Shown here one piece after another: positions 22,947 through 32,000 of a DNA stretch of 32,000 nt. Under the pieces are notes generated by a model. The model was not told the DNA's origin, ran no database searches, and saw nothing but the letters and a program-made list of their open reading frames with translations. Position numbers and translations under genes: made by a program. The stretch covers positions 371,865-403,864 of the forward strand of contig NC_001263.1 of the NCBI RefSeq assembly GCF_000008565.1. Direction: 5' to 3'. Numbering within the stretch: position 1 is the first letter of the stretch; each line of letters begins with the position of its first letter. This stretch comes from Deinococcus radiodurans R1 = ATCC 13939 = DSM 20539 (GTDB lineage Bacteria; Deinococcota; Deinococci; Deinococcales; Deinococcaceae).

Positions 22947-24132
22947 ATGACCGCCGCGCCGCCGCCCGTCCCTGCCCGTTTCGGGCCGCTGGCGGGGGCG
23001 GCCATCGGCACGCTGCTGCTGATGAACGTGTACGCCGCAGGCGCTGTTGCCGCTGCTGGCGCGCGAATTTGGCCTCAGCACCGCCACGGTGGGGACCGCC
23101 ATCGGGAGCACCACCCTGGCGATTGCGCTCGCTTCGCCGGTCGCCGGGCTGCTCGCCGACGCGTTCGGGCGGCGCCGGGTCATGCTGTGGGCCTTCGCCC
23201 TGCTGCTGCTGCCCTGCCTGGGGGCGGTGTACGCGAGCAGTTTTACTGCCCTGAACGTGGCCCGCTTTGCCCAGGGCCTGCTGATTCCGCTCGTCAGCGT
23301 CGCCATCACCGCGTATCTGGCCGAGGAAACGCCCCCCGGTACCCTGGGCCGTTACATGAGCGCCTACATCTCTGGCACGGTGCTCGGCGGATTCCTGGGC
23401 CGCTTTGCCAGCGGGCTGGTCGCGCACGGCGGGCAGTGGCACACGGCGTTCTGGCTGCTGATGGTCACCAACGCGCTGGGGTTCTGGGCGGTGTGGCGGC
23501 TGCCGCGCTCGGGCGGGTTTCGCCCTGCCGTGGACGCCCAGGAGACGATGCGGACGCTGCGCGAACACCTGCGCAACCCCCGCCTGCTGACCGTCTGCGT
23601 GGTGGGTTTCCTGATTCTGTTCGTGCTGGTGTCGGTCTTCAACACCGTCACTTTTCGCCTCGCCGCCGCGCCGTACTCGCTGGGCAGCGGGCCGCTCGGC
23701 GCCGTGTTTACCGTGTACCTGCTCGGGGTGGTGGTCACGCCCGCGTCGGCCCCGCTCGCGGCTCGGCTCGGCACGGCCCGCACGCTCGTCGTGGCTTCGG
23801 GGCTGAGCCTGCTGGGGCTGGCGCTCACGCTGTCGACGGCGCTGCCGGTCATCGTCCTGGGGCTGGCCGCCGCGTCCTCGGGCATCTTTATCGCTCAGGC
23901 GGCGGCGCAGAGCGCGGTGCAGCAGAGCGTGCAGGGGGGCCGCAGCCTGGCCGGGGGCCTGTACAACATGACCTACTACGCGGGCGCGGCGGCGGCGAGC
24001 GTGGCGGCGGGCCTCACCTACGACGCGGGCGGCTGGCGGGCGGTGGTGGGCCTGTGTGCGCTGGCGCTGCTGGCGGTGGCAGGACTGAGCACCGTGGTCG
24101 GGCGGCGGCAGCGGCGGGCAGAGGCGGGGTAA
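22947..24132 (+). CDS. MFS transporter with an apparent +1 frameshift between TM1 and the rest (about 23026-23046)
   Basis: ATG 22947 encodes MTAAPPPVPARFGPLAGAAIGTLLLMNVYA (TM1). The remaining 11 or so TMs (QALLPLLAREFGLSTATVG...ADAFGRRRVM...) are in the frame of track ORF 23047..24132, which opens only at 23026 after a TGA. Confidence 0.8.
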
Positions 24133-24133
24133 A

Positions 24134-24919
24134 TCAGGGCCCCATTGATGGAACTTCTTCTCTTACCACGCGGTCATTCTTAAAGTGCAGCACGTTGTCG
24201 CCGCGTCCAGGCAGGCCGTTCCACAGCCAAACCGGGGCGCTGAGCAGCGTTTTCAGGTCGCCTGCTGGACTTTCTGGGATACCGCGCAGCCACAGCACCT
24301 GCGTATGCGTCAGGCCGAGGATGCTGGCGGAGTTGTTGGGATTCTGGAAAGGCGCGAGGGCCTTTTTTGTAGCGGCGTCGGGCGGTATAAGGCTAAAATT
24401 CTTTTCCAGGTCGGCCCCGTCCACATACGTTTCAGTGACTTCCCGACAGGTGTAGGCATCTTTCAGCGTCACTTCCTTTGTTCCGCTGTAGCTTAACGAT
24501 TGCACACGGAAATCTTTGGGCAATCTGAGGCGCAGGCGCAGAGGGTTGTTCACCGGCTGAGCGGGCATGACGCCACTGCTTTTGACGAGAGCCACCGGAA
24601 AAGTCCCCTTGAGACGCTCAACGTTGAGCACCCGGACTGTTCCCGTGTATGGGACGGAAAGGGTCACGCTCGCCTGCGAACTTTCCAACGAACAGTGCAG
24701 CGGCCCGCCCCCATAGACCCACACGTCTTGCCCGGCGTACTTCGCCCGCAGCGTTGCCACTTCCGTGTCCTGCTGCGGCGCAGGCGTGGTGATGGCCGGG
24801 GCAGCTTGAGCCGGAGCAGATGGGGACGGAGCGGAATGAGACGCGGCAACCTGGGACGGGGCAGGGGCGCCCGGTCCGCCGCCGAGCAGCAGGGTGAGCA
24901 GCATCAGAGGAAGGGTCAT
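24134..24919 (-). CDS. Secreted hypothetical protein (261 aa); C-terminus weakly BamE/SmpA_OmlA-like
   Basis: This is the only believable part of the 967-aa track ORF. ATG 24919 gives signal-like MTLPLMLLTLLLGGG followed by an Ala/Pro-rich linker. The 3' half has visibly lower GC and rare codons (AGA, GTT, CCA, TCA). Confidence 0.65.
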   Translation of the reverse strand: MTLPLMLLTLLLGGGPGAPAPSQVAASHSAPSPSAPAQAAPAITTPAPQQDTEVATLRAKYAGQDVWVYGGGPLHCSLESSQASVTLSVPYTGTVRVLNVERLKGTFPVALVKSSGVMPAQPVNNPLRLRLRLPKDFRVQSLSYSGTKEVTLKDAYTCREVTETYVDGADLEKNFSLIPPDAATKKALAPFQNPNNSASILGLTHTQVLWLRGIPESPAGDLKTLLSAPVWLWNGLPGRGDNVLHFKNDRVVREEVPSMGP

Positions 24920-25042
24920 GCCACAGTGTGACGGAGAAGTGCGGGTCCGGCGTCCACCTTTTGGCTGAGTGGCTTGATTGAGTGGCCCCGAGATGCAGAG
25001 CTGTGGCCCACCGTCCCGGCCCCGCCGCCCTATCCTCCCCCC

Positions 25043-27067
25043 ATGACCGCCACCCGCGATGTGTTGCTCACCTGTCCCCTTGACTGTCCCGATGCCTGCC
25101 GCCTCAAAATCACCATCGAGCGGCAGCCGGACGGCAGCGAGAAGGCCGTCAAGCTGACCGGCGACCCGGCTCACCCCTATACGCGCGGCTTTGCCTGTGC
25201 CAAGACGGTCCACTACCCGGCGCGGCAAAACCACCCCGAGCGGCCCCTGTACCCCCTGCGGCGCGTGAACCCCAAGACCGACCCCGAGCCGCAGTGGGAG
25301 CGCGTGACCTGGGACGAGGCGCTGGACGACATCGCCGGGCGGCTGCGGCAACTTATCGCCGAGCGCGGGCCGCAGAGCATCCTGCCTTACCACTACGCGG
25401 GCAACATGGGCCTGCTGGAAGGCTCGCACGTCCACGCGCTGTGGCGCGCGCTGGGGGCGGCGGAACTCGAAGAAACCATCTGCGCGTCGGCGGGCACAGC
25501 GGCCTGGGAAGTCGGCTACGGCACCCGGCTGGCAGTAGATCCGCTGGACGTACCGCACGCCCGCCTGATCGTGCTGTGGGGCATCAACAGTCTGTCCACC
25601 CACTCGCACCTGACCCCGCAAATCACGGCGGCTCGCAAAAACGGCGCGCGGGTCGTCTGCGTGGACCCTTACCGCAACCGCACGGCGGCCTTTGCCGACG
25701 AGCACCTCAAAATCAGGCCCGGCACCGACGCGGCGCTGGCGCTGGGGGTCATGCGCGAACTGTTCGTGAACGGCTGGACTGACGCCGAGTACCTCGCGCA
25801 GGCCACCGAGGGCGTGGACGACCTGCGGGCCGCCGCCGAGGAGTGGAGCCCGCAGCGCACCGCCGAGGTGACGGGGTTGACGGCAGACGAGGTGCGCGAC
25901 TTCGCCCGCCTCATCGGGACGACCCGGCCCACCTACATCCGCGTGGGCTACGGCATGACCCGCTACGAGAACGGCGCCACCGCGCTGCGGGCGGTCACGC
26001 TGCTGCCGGCGCTCACCGGCGACTGGCGCTACCGGGGCGGCGGCTGCGTCATGAGCACGAGCGGCACCTTCAAGCTCAACCGCCGGCGGCTGGGGGCAGC
26101 GCACGTGACCAGACCGGAAGCGCCCCGCGTCAACATGAACGAACTGGCGAACGCACTCGACCCGGCGGTGGGCTTCGGCGCCCTGTTCGTCTACAACTGC
26201 AACCCGGCGGTGGTCTCGCCCGACTCGGGCCGCGTGCGGGCTGGGATGCGGCGCGACGACCTGCTGGTGGTGGTGCTCGAACAGGCGATGACCGAGTCGG
26301 CCCGGCTGGCGGATTATGTCCTCCCCGCGACGACTTTCATGGAGTCGCCGGACCTTTACACCAGTTACGGCCACTTCTGGCTGGGCTACAACCCCGCCGA
26401 GCTGACGCCCCCCGGCGAGTGCCGCCCCAATTCCTGGGTGTTTGCCGAGCTTGCCCGCCGCCTGGGGGTGGAGGAACCGAGCGTGTACTGGACCGCTGAC
26501 GACCTGATGGCCGAGCTGCTGGACACCGACCATCCCTTTCTGGACGGCCTCACCCCCGAGCGGCTGAAGGCGGAAGGCACCGTTCGGCTCAATGTTCCTG
26601 ACGGCTTCCTGCCCTACGCGTACGGAGCCGAGACGCCGAGCGGCAAGGTGCAGCTCGCGCCCGCGCCGCGCTTCGTGCCGGTGCAGGCCGAACTGAACGC
26701 CGACTTTCCCCTGCGTCTGCTCACGCCGCCCGCGCACCACTTTCTCAACTCCACCTACGGCAACCTGGGTAACCTCAACCGCGCCGAGGGAGGCGAGCCG
26801 CAGGTATTGCTGTGCCCCGCCGACGCGGCGGCCTCCGGCGTGCAAGACGGCGAGTACGCCCGCCTGACCAGCGAGCAGGGCGAGGTTCGGCGCCGGGTCA
26901 AGGTCACGGACGCCGCGCAGCCCGGCGTGGCGGTGGTGGAGGGCACGTGGTGGGGCCTCACGGCACCCGATGGCCGCAGCATCAACGAATTGACCGCCCA
27001 GACGCTGACCGACCTGGGCGGGGGAAGCACCTTTCACAACACGCGGATTCGGGTTTCGCCGGCTTGA
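25043..27067 (+). CDS. Molybdopterin (bis-MGD) oxidoreductase, MopB superfamily, cytoplasmic
   Basis: N-terminal 4Fe-4S motif CPLDCPDAC...GFACAK. There is no Tat or signal sequence. The C-terminal molybdopterin-dinucleotide-binding domain reads RRRVKVTDAAQPGVAVVEGTWW. ATG 25043 preferred over the track's start at 24974. Confidence 0.9.
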   Translation: MTATRDVLLTCPLDCPDACRLKITIERQPDGSEKAVKLTGDPAHPYTRGFACAKTVHYPARQNHPERPLYPLRRVNPKTDPEPQWERVTWDEALDDIAGRLRQLIAERGPQSILPYHYAGNMGLLEGSHVHALWRALGAAELEETICASAGTAAWEVGYGTRLAVDPLDVPHARLIVLWGINSLSTHSHLTPQITAARKNGARVVCVDPYRNRTAAFADEHLKIRPGTDAALALGVMRELFVNGWTDAEYLAQATEGVDDLRAAAEEWSPQRTAEVTGLTADEVRDFARLIGTTRPTYIRVGYGMTRYENGATALRAVTLLPALTGDWRYRGGGCVMSTSGTFKLNRRRLGAAHVTRPEAPRVNMNELANALDPAVGFGALFVYNCNPAVVSPDSGRVRAGMRRDDLLVVVLEQAMTESARLADYVLPATTFMESPDLYTSYGHFWLGYNPAELTPPGECRPNSWVFAELARRLGVEEPSVYWTADDLMAELLDTDHPFLDGLTPERLKAEGTVRLNVPDGFLPYAYGAETPSGKVQLAPAPRFVPVQAELNADFPLRLLTPPAHHFLNSTYGNLGNLNRAEGGEPQVLLCPADAAASGVQDGEYARLTSEQGEVRRRVKVTDAAQPGVAVVEGTWWGLTAPDGRSINELTAQTLTDLGGGSTFHNTRIRVSPA

Positions 27068-27073
27068 GAGGGT

Positions 27074-27159
27074 GGCTCTTGCGTGTTTTGGACCCTTTCC
27101 CCTGGTGGGACTCGCAGAGCTGCCCCGCAGAGAGGGCCTGCCAAGGGTAGGGGCCGACC
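27074..27159 (+). repeat. Intergenic small noncoding repeat, copy B (paired with 17524..17608)
   Basis: Begins 7 nt after the oxidoreductase stop, in the same orientation and with the same block order as copy A. Confidence 0.75.
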
Positions 27160-27166
27160 AAACCTC

Positions 27167-27631
27167 CTAACGGCTGTATTCCCGCACGTACTCCGGCAAA
27201 TACGTCAGCTGCACGGCACACTGCTGCTGCCGGTTGAGCACGATGGTCGCGTCCCGAGCCGAGCCGTAAGGCATCTGAATGGCGCGGCCCCGCTCGCAGA
27301 TGAGCTGAGGCCGCTGACGCGACTGCTGCGCGGCCTGGGCCGAGTCGTAGGCGACGCAGTGAACGAACGTACCGTCTTGCAGCAGCATTTTGTCGAAGGA
27401 GTGGGCGCAGGCCTGGACGGCGCGGGTCACGTCCTCCTTGGGCCGCAGGAGGAAGGCCACCGTTCGTGTCCCCGCGTTCTGGTCCTCCACATAGGCAATA
27501 CGGTGCCCAGCGCGAAAAAGCCAGGTTTGCCAGCCGCCCACGTCATCTGCCGTCACAACAAGCGTGAGGGCCAGTCCCAGAACGAGAACCAGCCCGCCAA
27601 CAAAGCGGAGGACGGCGAGCAGCAGGGGCAT
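27167..27631 (-). CDS. Hypothetical N-terminally membrane-anchored protein (154 aa)
   Basis: One N-terminal TM segment (MPLLLAVLRFVGGLVLVLGLALTLVV), then a soluble domain with 4 Cys. I recognised no family. Confidence 0.6.
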   Translation of the reverse strand: MPLLLAVLRFVGGLVLVLGLALTLVVTADDVGGWQTWLFRAGHRIAYVEDQNAGTRTVAFLLRPKEDVTRAVQACAHSFDKMLLQDGTFVHCVAYDSAQAAQQSRQRPQLICERGRAIQMPYGSARDATIVLNRQQQCAVQLTYLPEYVREYSR

Positions 27632-27685
27632 GACCTAGAAGTATCACCCGCGCCCCGGCGCCGGCATCCACCAAAAGCAGCACGC

Positions 27686-27716
27686 GAAAAACCCCCTCCC
27701 ATCACTGGAAGGGGGC
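27686..27716 (-). terminator. Rho-independent terminator after the fasciclin gene
   Basis: Minus strand: stem CCCCCT, 12-nt loop, stem AGGGGG, followed by TTTTT (plus-strand coordinates 27692-27697 / 27710-27715, A-run 27687-27691). Confidence 0.7.
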
Positions 27717-27731
27717 TTCGGTAGAAAAGAC

Positions 27732-29552
27732 TCAGCGCAGGCTGGGGGGCAGCAGCACGGTGTCGATCACGTAGACGGTGCTGGTGCCGGCGGTGATGGG
27801 GGTGCCGCCGTCGAGCGCCATGCCCATGCCGCCGAAGCTCAGGCCGCTCGCACCGTTGGTGACGGTGATGGGGCTGCCGGCCAGGGTGGTCAGCGGGGAG
27901 GCGGTCAGCCCAGCGGCGTTGAGCTGGCCCGACACCACGTGATAGCTCAGCACCTGCTTGAGCAGGGCGGGGTCGGCCTTCACGGCGTTCAACTTGGCCG
28001 GGTCGAGCTTGGCGAACGCGTCGTTGGTGGGCAGGAAGATGGTGTAGGTGCCGCTGCCCAGGGTGTCGAGCAGGCCGGCCTGGGTCAGCAGGTCGCGGAC
28101 AGTGCTGAAACGGGCGTCGGTCAGCACGGCGGCCACGTTGGCGGGGGGCGAGGTCAGGTTGCCGCCCGCAATGGCGCCGCCCTGCGCCGTGCCGGGGGTG
28201 GCCTGGGCAGGAGCCGCATTGGTCGTGGTGGTGGTCACGGTGGTCGTGGCCGAGGTCGTCGTGGTGGCGGTGTTCGTCACGGGCGCCGCCGCGTCAGTGG
28301 TTGTGGTGGTCGTCGCTGCGGTGTTGGTCACAGGGGCCGCAGCCGCCGTGTCGGCCGTGTTCGTCACAGGAGCGGCGCTGGTGGTGTCGTCAGCGGGCGC
28401 CGCCGGAACGGTGAAGCCTTCGGGCAGCAGCACGGCGTCCACGGGGTAGATCAGGCCGGTGCTCGACTCGATGGCGGGCGACAGCTCGGCGCTGATGGTC
28501 AGCGGGGAGCCGGCCACGGTCTGAAGGTTGCCGGCCTGCACCTGCTCGCTGGTCAGGCGGCCCTGGACCACGTGGAAGCGCAGCAGCGAGAGCAGGGCTT
28601 CGGGGTCGCCGGCAATGGCCGCGAGTTCGCCTTCAGGCAGCGCGGCGAAGGCTTCGTCGGTGGGGGCGAAGAGGGTGTAGTCGCCGGTCATCAGCATGTC
28701 GGTCAGGCCCGCGTCGCTCAGCAGGTCGCGCAGGGTGCTGAAGCGGTCGTCGGCCACCAGCACGTCGTACAGCGTGTTGCTGCTGACTTCGGCGGTGTCG
28801 GTCGTATCGGTGGTGTCGTCCGTCGCCGTGTCGTCGGTCATGCCGGTGTCGGTGTCCGTCGTGCTCGTCTCCGTGGTGGTCGTGGCAGAGGTCGGCGTGC
28901 TCACCGTCACCGCGCCGCTCAGGGGCAGGGCGGGAATGCTGCGAATGTCGATGGCAGCGGGCGCCGAGGTGGACGCCACCGGAGCCGGGGCGGGCTGGGC
29001 CGGCGCAGCAGGTGCAGGGGCAGCAGGTGCGGGCGCAGCAGCGGTGTCCATGGGGGGCATCAGCACGGTGTCAATGGCGTGCACCACGCCGTTGCAGGCC
29101 TGGATGTCGGCCTTGACCACGCGGGCGTCGTTGATCATGATCTGGTTGCCCGAGACCTTGATCGTCACGTCTGCGCCCTGCTCGGTGGTGCCGGCACTGG
29201 CGCCGCGCAGATCAGAGGCGTTGGCCTTCTCGCCGACCACGTGGTAGGCGAGCACGTCGCTGAGGGTCTCGGGGTCGCCGAGCAGCGCGGCGAGCTTGTC
29301 GCTCGGGACCTTGGCAAAGGCCGCGTTGGTCGGCGCAAAGAGCGTGTAGCTGCCGCTGCCCGCGAGTTCGCCGGTCAGGTCGGCGGCTTCGAGCGCGGTG
29401 GCGAGGGTGCTGAACTGCGGGTCGCTCTTGACGATGGCCGCAATGCTCTTGCAGCTCGCAGCGGGTTTGGCGGCAGGCTTGCCGGCGCCACCGGCCAGGG
29501 CGGGAGAAACGAGCAGCAGGCTCAGGGTCATCAGGCCGAGTCTCTTCTTCAT
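27732..29552 (-). CDS. Secreted fasciclin (FAS1) domain protein with three FAS1 domains and Ala/Pro/Thr linkers
   Basis: GAGGTG Shine-Dalgarno plus ATG 29552, then signal peptide MKKRLGLMTLSLLLVSPALAG. Three repeats of the FAS1 pattern (...FSTL...L...G.YT.FAPT..AF..L.......L...L.YHVV.G...). Each repeat ends in a V(I/H)xIDxVLxPP-like motif. Confidence 0.88.
   Translation of the reverse strand: MKKRLGLMTLSLLLVSPALAGGAGKPAAKPAASCKSIAAIVKSDPQFSTLATALEAADLTGELAGSGSYTLFAPTNAAFAKVPSDKLAALLGDPETLSDVLAYHVVGEKANASDLRGASAGTTEQGADVTIKVSGNQIMINDARVVKADIQACNGVVHAIDTVLMPPMDTAAAPAPAAPAPAAPAQPAPAPVASTSAPAAIDIRSIPALPLSGAVTVSTPTSATTTTETSTTDTDTGMTDDTATDDTTDTTDTAEVSSNTLYDVLVADDRFSTLRDLLSDAGLTDMLMTGDYTLFAPTDEAFAALPEGELAAIAGDPEALLSLLRFHVVQGRLTSEQVQAGNLQTVAGSPLTISAELSPAIESSTGLIYPVDAVLLPEGFTVPAAPADDTTSAAPVTNTADTAAAAPVTNTAATTTTTTDAAAPVTNTATTTTSATTTVTTTTTNAAPAQATPGTAQGGAIAGGNLTSPPANVAAVLTDARFSTVRDLLTQAGLLDTLGSGTYTIFLPTNDAFAKLDPAKLNAVKADPALLKQVLSYHVVSGQLNAAGLTASPLTTLAGSPITVTNGASGLSFGGMGMALDGGTPITAGTSTVYVIDTVLLPPSLR
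28266..28376 (-). repeat. In-CDS imperfect repeats encoding AAPVTNTA units
   Basis: GTGTT(C/G)GTCAC(G/A)GG(C/G/A)GC... recurs three times. The protein reads AAPVTNTA three times within a Thr-rich linker. Confidence 0.8.
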
Positions 29553-29708
29553 GAGTTCACCTCTGGATTGAGCTTGGGAAATCCGCCTCACAATTGACAC
29601 CACACCGGGCCAAATTGCAACACTTGTACCTTTCAGTAATTCTGTTTGTTTGCGGGGAAAAGGTTCTCGGCTCTCCCGCCCCGCCTTTGCCGAGCGGCCA
29701 CAGTCGCC

Positions 29709-32000
29709 CTATTTGCCGAAATACTCGGGCAAATCGGCCTCGTGGATCAGCACCTCGCGCGGCTTGCTGCCCTGGTGCGGCCCCACGATGTTCATCGCTT
29801 CGAGCAGGTCCATCAGCTTGCCGGCGCGGGCGTGGCCCACCGAGAGCCGGCGCTGGAGGCGCGAGACGCTGCCCTGGCCTTCCTCAATGCACACCAGCGC
29901 GGCCTGCCGCAGCAGCGGGTCGCTGAAATCGAGCTGCGAGCGGTCCCCACCAGGGCCGGAGCTGGAAATCATGCCCTCGAAGTCGGCGCCGTAGGCTTCG
30001 ATAAAGTCGTCGTCGAACATCATCCGGCGCAGTTCGTCGGTGATGCGGGCGGACTCGGCCTCGCTGATGTACGGCCCCTGCAAGCGCAGCGGCTTGACCA
30101 GCCCCGGCTGATAAAACAGCATGTCACCCATGCCGGTCAGCCGCTCGGCGCCCGTGGTGTCGAGAATGGTGCGCGAGTCGTGGCTGCTGCTGACCGCGAA
30201 GGCGATGCGCGCAGGAATGTTCACCTTGATGAGGCTGGTCAGGATGTCCACGCTGGGCCGCTGCGTCGCCAGAATCAGATGCATCCCGGTGGCGCGCGCC
30301 ATCTGCGCCAGGCGCATGATCGCCGACTCGACTTCCTTGGGGCTGGTGATCATCAGGTCGGCAAGTTCGTCGATGATGATGACGAGGTGCGGCAGCTCAA
30401 CCTCGCCCACCGCGCGCATCTTGGCGTTGAACTGTTCGAGGTTCTTGGCGCCGACCTGACTCATCATCTTGTAGCGCCGTTCCATGTGGGCCACCGCGCC
30501 GAGCAGCACCCCCGCCGCGTCTGCCGGGTTGGTCACCACTGGGCGCACGAGGTGGGGAATGCCGTCGTAGGGCGTGAGTTCGACCATTTTGGGGTCGATC
30601 ATGACGAAGCGCAGTTCGGTCGGCAGGTAGCGGTAGAGCAGCGAGGTGATGAGGGTGTTGACGCACACCGACTTGCCCGAGCCGGTCGAGCCGGCGACCA
30701 GCAGGTGCGGCATCTTGGCGAGGTCGCCCACCATCATCGAGCCATCGATGCTTTTGCCGAGGATGATCGGCAGCTTGGCGCGGGTGTTCTTGAAGGCTGG
30801 ATTGGCTGTCGCCTGATGGAAGGTGACGGGTTCGCGCTCGGCATTGGGCACTTCGAGGCCGATCACACTCTTGCCCGGCACCGGAGCCTCCACACGCACG
30901 CCACCTACCGCCAGAGCGCGGGCGAGGTCGTTGGAGAGGCTGGCGATGCGGCTGATCTTCTCGCCGGGCGCGGGCTCGATCTCGTAGCGGGTCACGGTGG
31001 GCCCACGGGCGAGGTCCACCACCTTCGCCTGAAGGCCGAACTGCCGCAGCGTCTCGTTGATCATGTCGCCGCGCCGCTCGGCGTCGAGGTCCATCTGCAC
31101 GGTGTTGCGCGCCCCGTTGGGCAGCGGGTCGAGGAGCTGCTCGCTCGGCAGCGCGAGGCGGGTGGCGCCCCGGCGGCTGACCCCACTGGGGGCCGGAGCG
31201 GGGCGCCCAGCAGCGGGTTCTTCCCAGGGCGCGGCGTGGCTCACCGACGCGGAGGCGGGGCTGACCGGCACTGGGCTCGGCCCTGGACTCGATACTGGGC
31301 GCGGGGTGGGCCGGGCCGCTGCGCGTGGTGTCGGCACCATCTGAGGCACGCTGGCCGCTGCGGGCGCAGGCGTCGCCGGGGGGCCGAAGGGCATGTCTTC
31401 CTCATCGTCCCAGAGGTCGAAGTCAGCCAGGGTGGGGGAGGGAGGCCGGGCCGTGCGGGGAGCGCTGGGCGGGGCCACGTTGCCCGCCGTCGCGGGTCGG
31501 CCCGGTGGGGTGCGGGCCGGGCGCGGGGCAGGCATCTCTGCGGCGTCCAATTGTTGGGGCACGGGCACCAGCGGAGTCGTGGTGCGGCGAGCGCTGCGAA
31601 CGCGGGCCGCTCGGGCGAAGGGGTCGGGCATCTGTTCCGCTGGTGTCCGACTGCGGCGGGGCGCGGCGCTGAAATCGATGTCGAGCGCGGGCACGGCGGC
31701 AGCGTCGTAGACCGGGGGCGACGGGGCCGGGCGAGCCGGGGCCACAGGTGAGACAGGCGTCAGGTCGTCGGCGTCGTCCCAGAGGCCGGGCACGGTGCTG
31801 CGCGGGTCGGGCGCGATCTGAGGCTGCACATCGTCCCAGCCGTCAGTTTCCCTGGGAGCTGTCGCGGCGGAAGGCACCTCGTCGGGGCCGGGAGGGGCCA
31901 TCAAGCGGCTCAGTGTGTGGCCCAGCCGCGAGAACAGACTGCCGGACGGTTCGCTGCTCTCAGCTGCCGCCCAGGTGTCCTCTTCCAGGTCGTCTTCCGG
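29709..32000 (-). CDS. ftsK: DNA translocase FtsK (5'-truncated by window edge)
   Basis: Walker A GSTGSGKS, Walker [12 protein letters not shown], and the C-terminal gamma winged helix ([26 protein letters not shown]). The Pro/Ala-rich linker frame stays open to nt 32000, so the N-terminal TM part lies outside the window. Confidence 0.95.

Noticed and set aside
24920-27037. Upstream about 700 codons of the 967-aa minus-strand ORF
   Set aside because: It is antisense to the molybdopterin oxidoreductase, which has diagnostic Fe-S and MGD-binding motifs. Only the 24134..24919 part, which starts at a signal-peptide-like Met, looks genuine.

Overview
High-GC bacterial chromosomal window (GC roughly two-thirds by eye), densely coding, about 30 genes. 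The content and gene order look like Deinococcus. From memory it matches D. radiodurans R1 chromosome I, roughly the lysS-to-ftsK stretch; a BLAST search should confirm this. It is mostly housekeeping: lysS (5' partial), a CAX Ca2+/H+ antiporter, sdaAA, bamA, tsaD, ispG, an Asp23/DAK2 (YloU/YloV-like) pair, an EF-G paralog and ftsK (5' partial). Interspersed are regulators (PadR, TetR), transporters (YhhQ-like, MFS), a cytoplasmic molybdopterin oxidoreductase, a 3xFAS1 fasciclin protein and about 8 uncharacterised ORFs. I found no rRNA, tRNA, CRISPR array, IS element or prophage. Points worth a second look: (1) a translationally coupled yhhQ-like / divergent QueF-like / tsaD module; (2) a cytoplasmic BON-domain protein with very long G/S/Y/Q/M low-complexity arms; (3) ispG embedded in a same-strand run of unknown genes, one start-stop coupled to it; (4) an ~85-nt intergenic repeat present twice, each copy just 3' of a plus-strand gene; (5) four reading-frame anomalies: an in-frame TGA in a Uma2 nuclease gene, frameshifts in tsaD and the MFS gene, and a possible frameshifted yhhQ start; (6) a 470-bp gene-free region with tandem micro-duplications upstream of bamA. 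Many long ORFs in the six-frame track are GC-driven antisense shadow ORFs and were rejected. All family assignments come from motif recognition by eye, not from searches.
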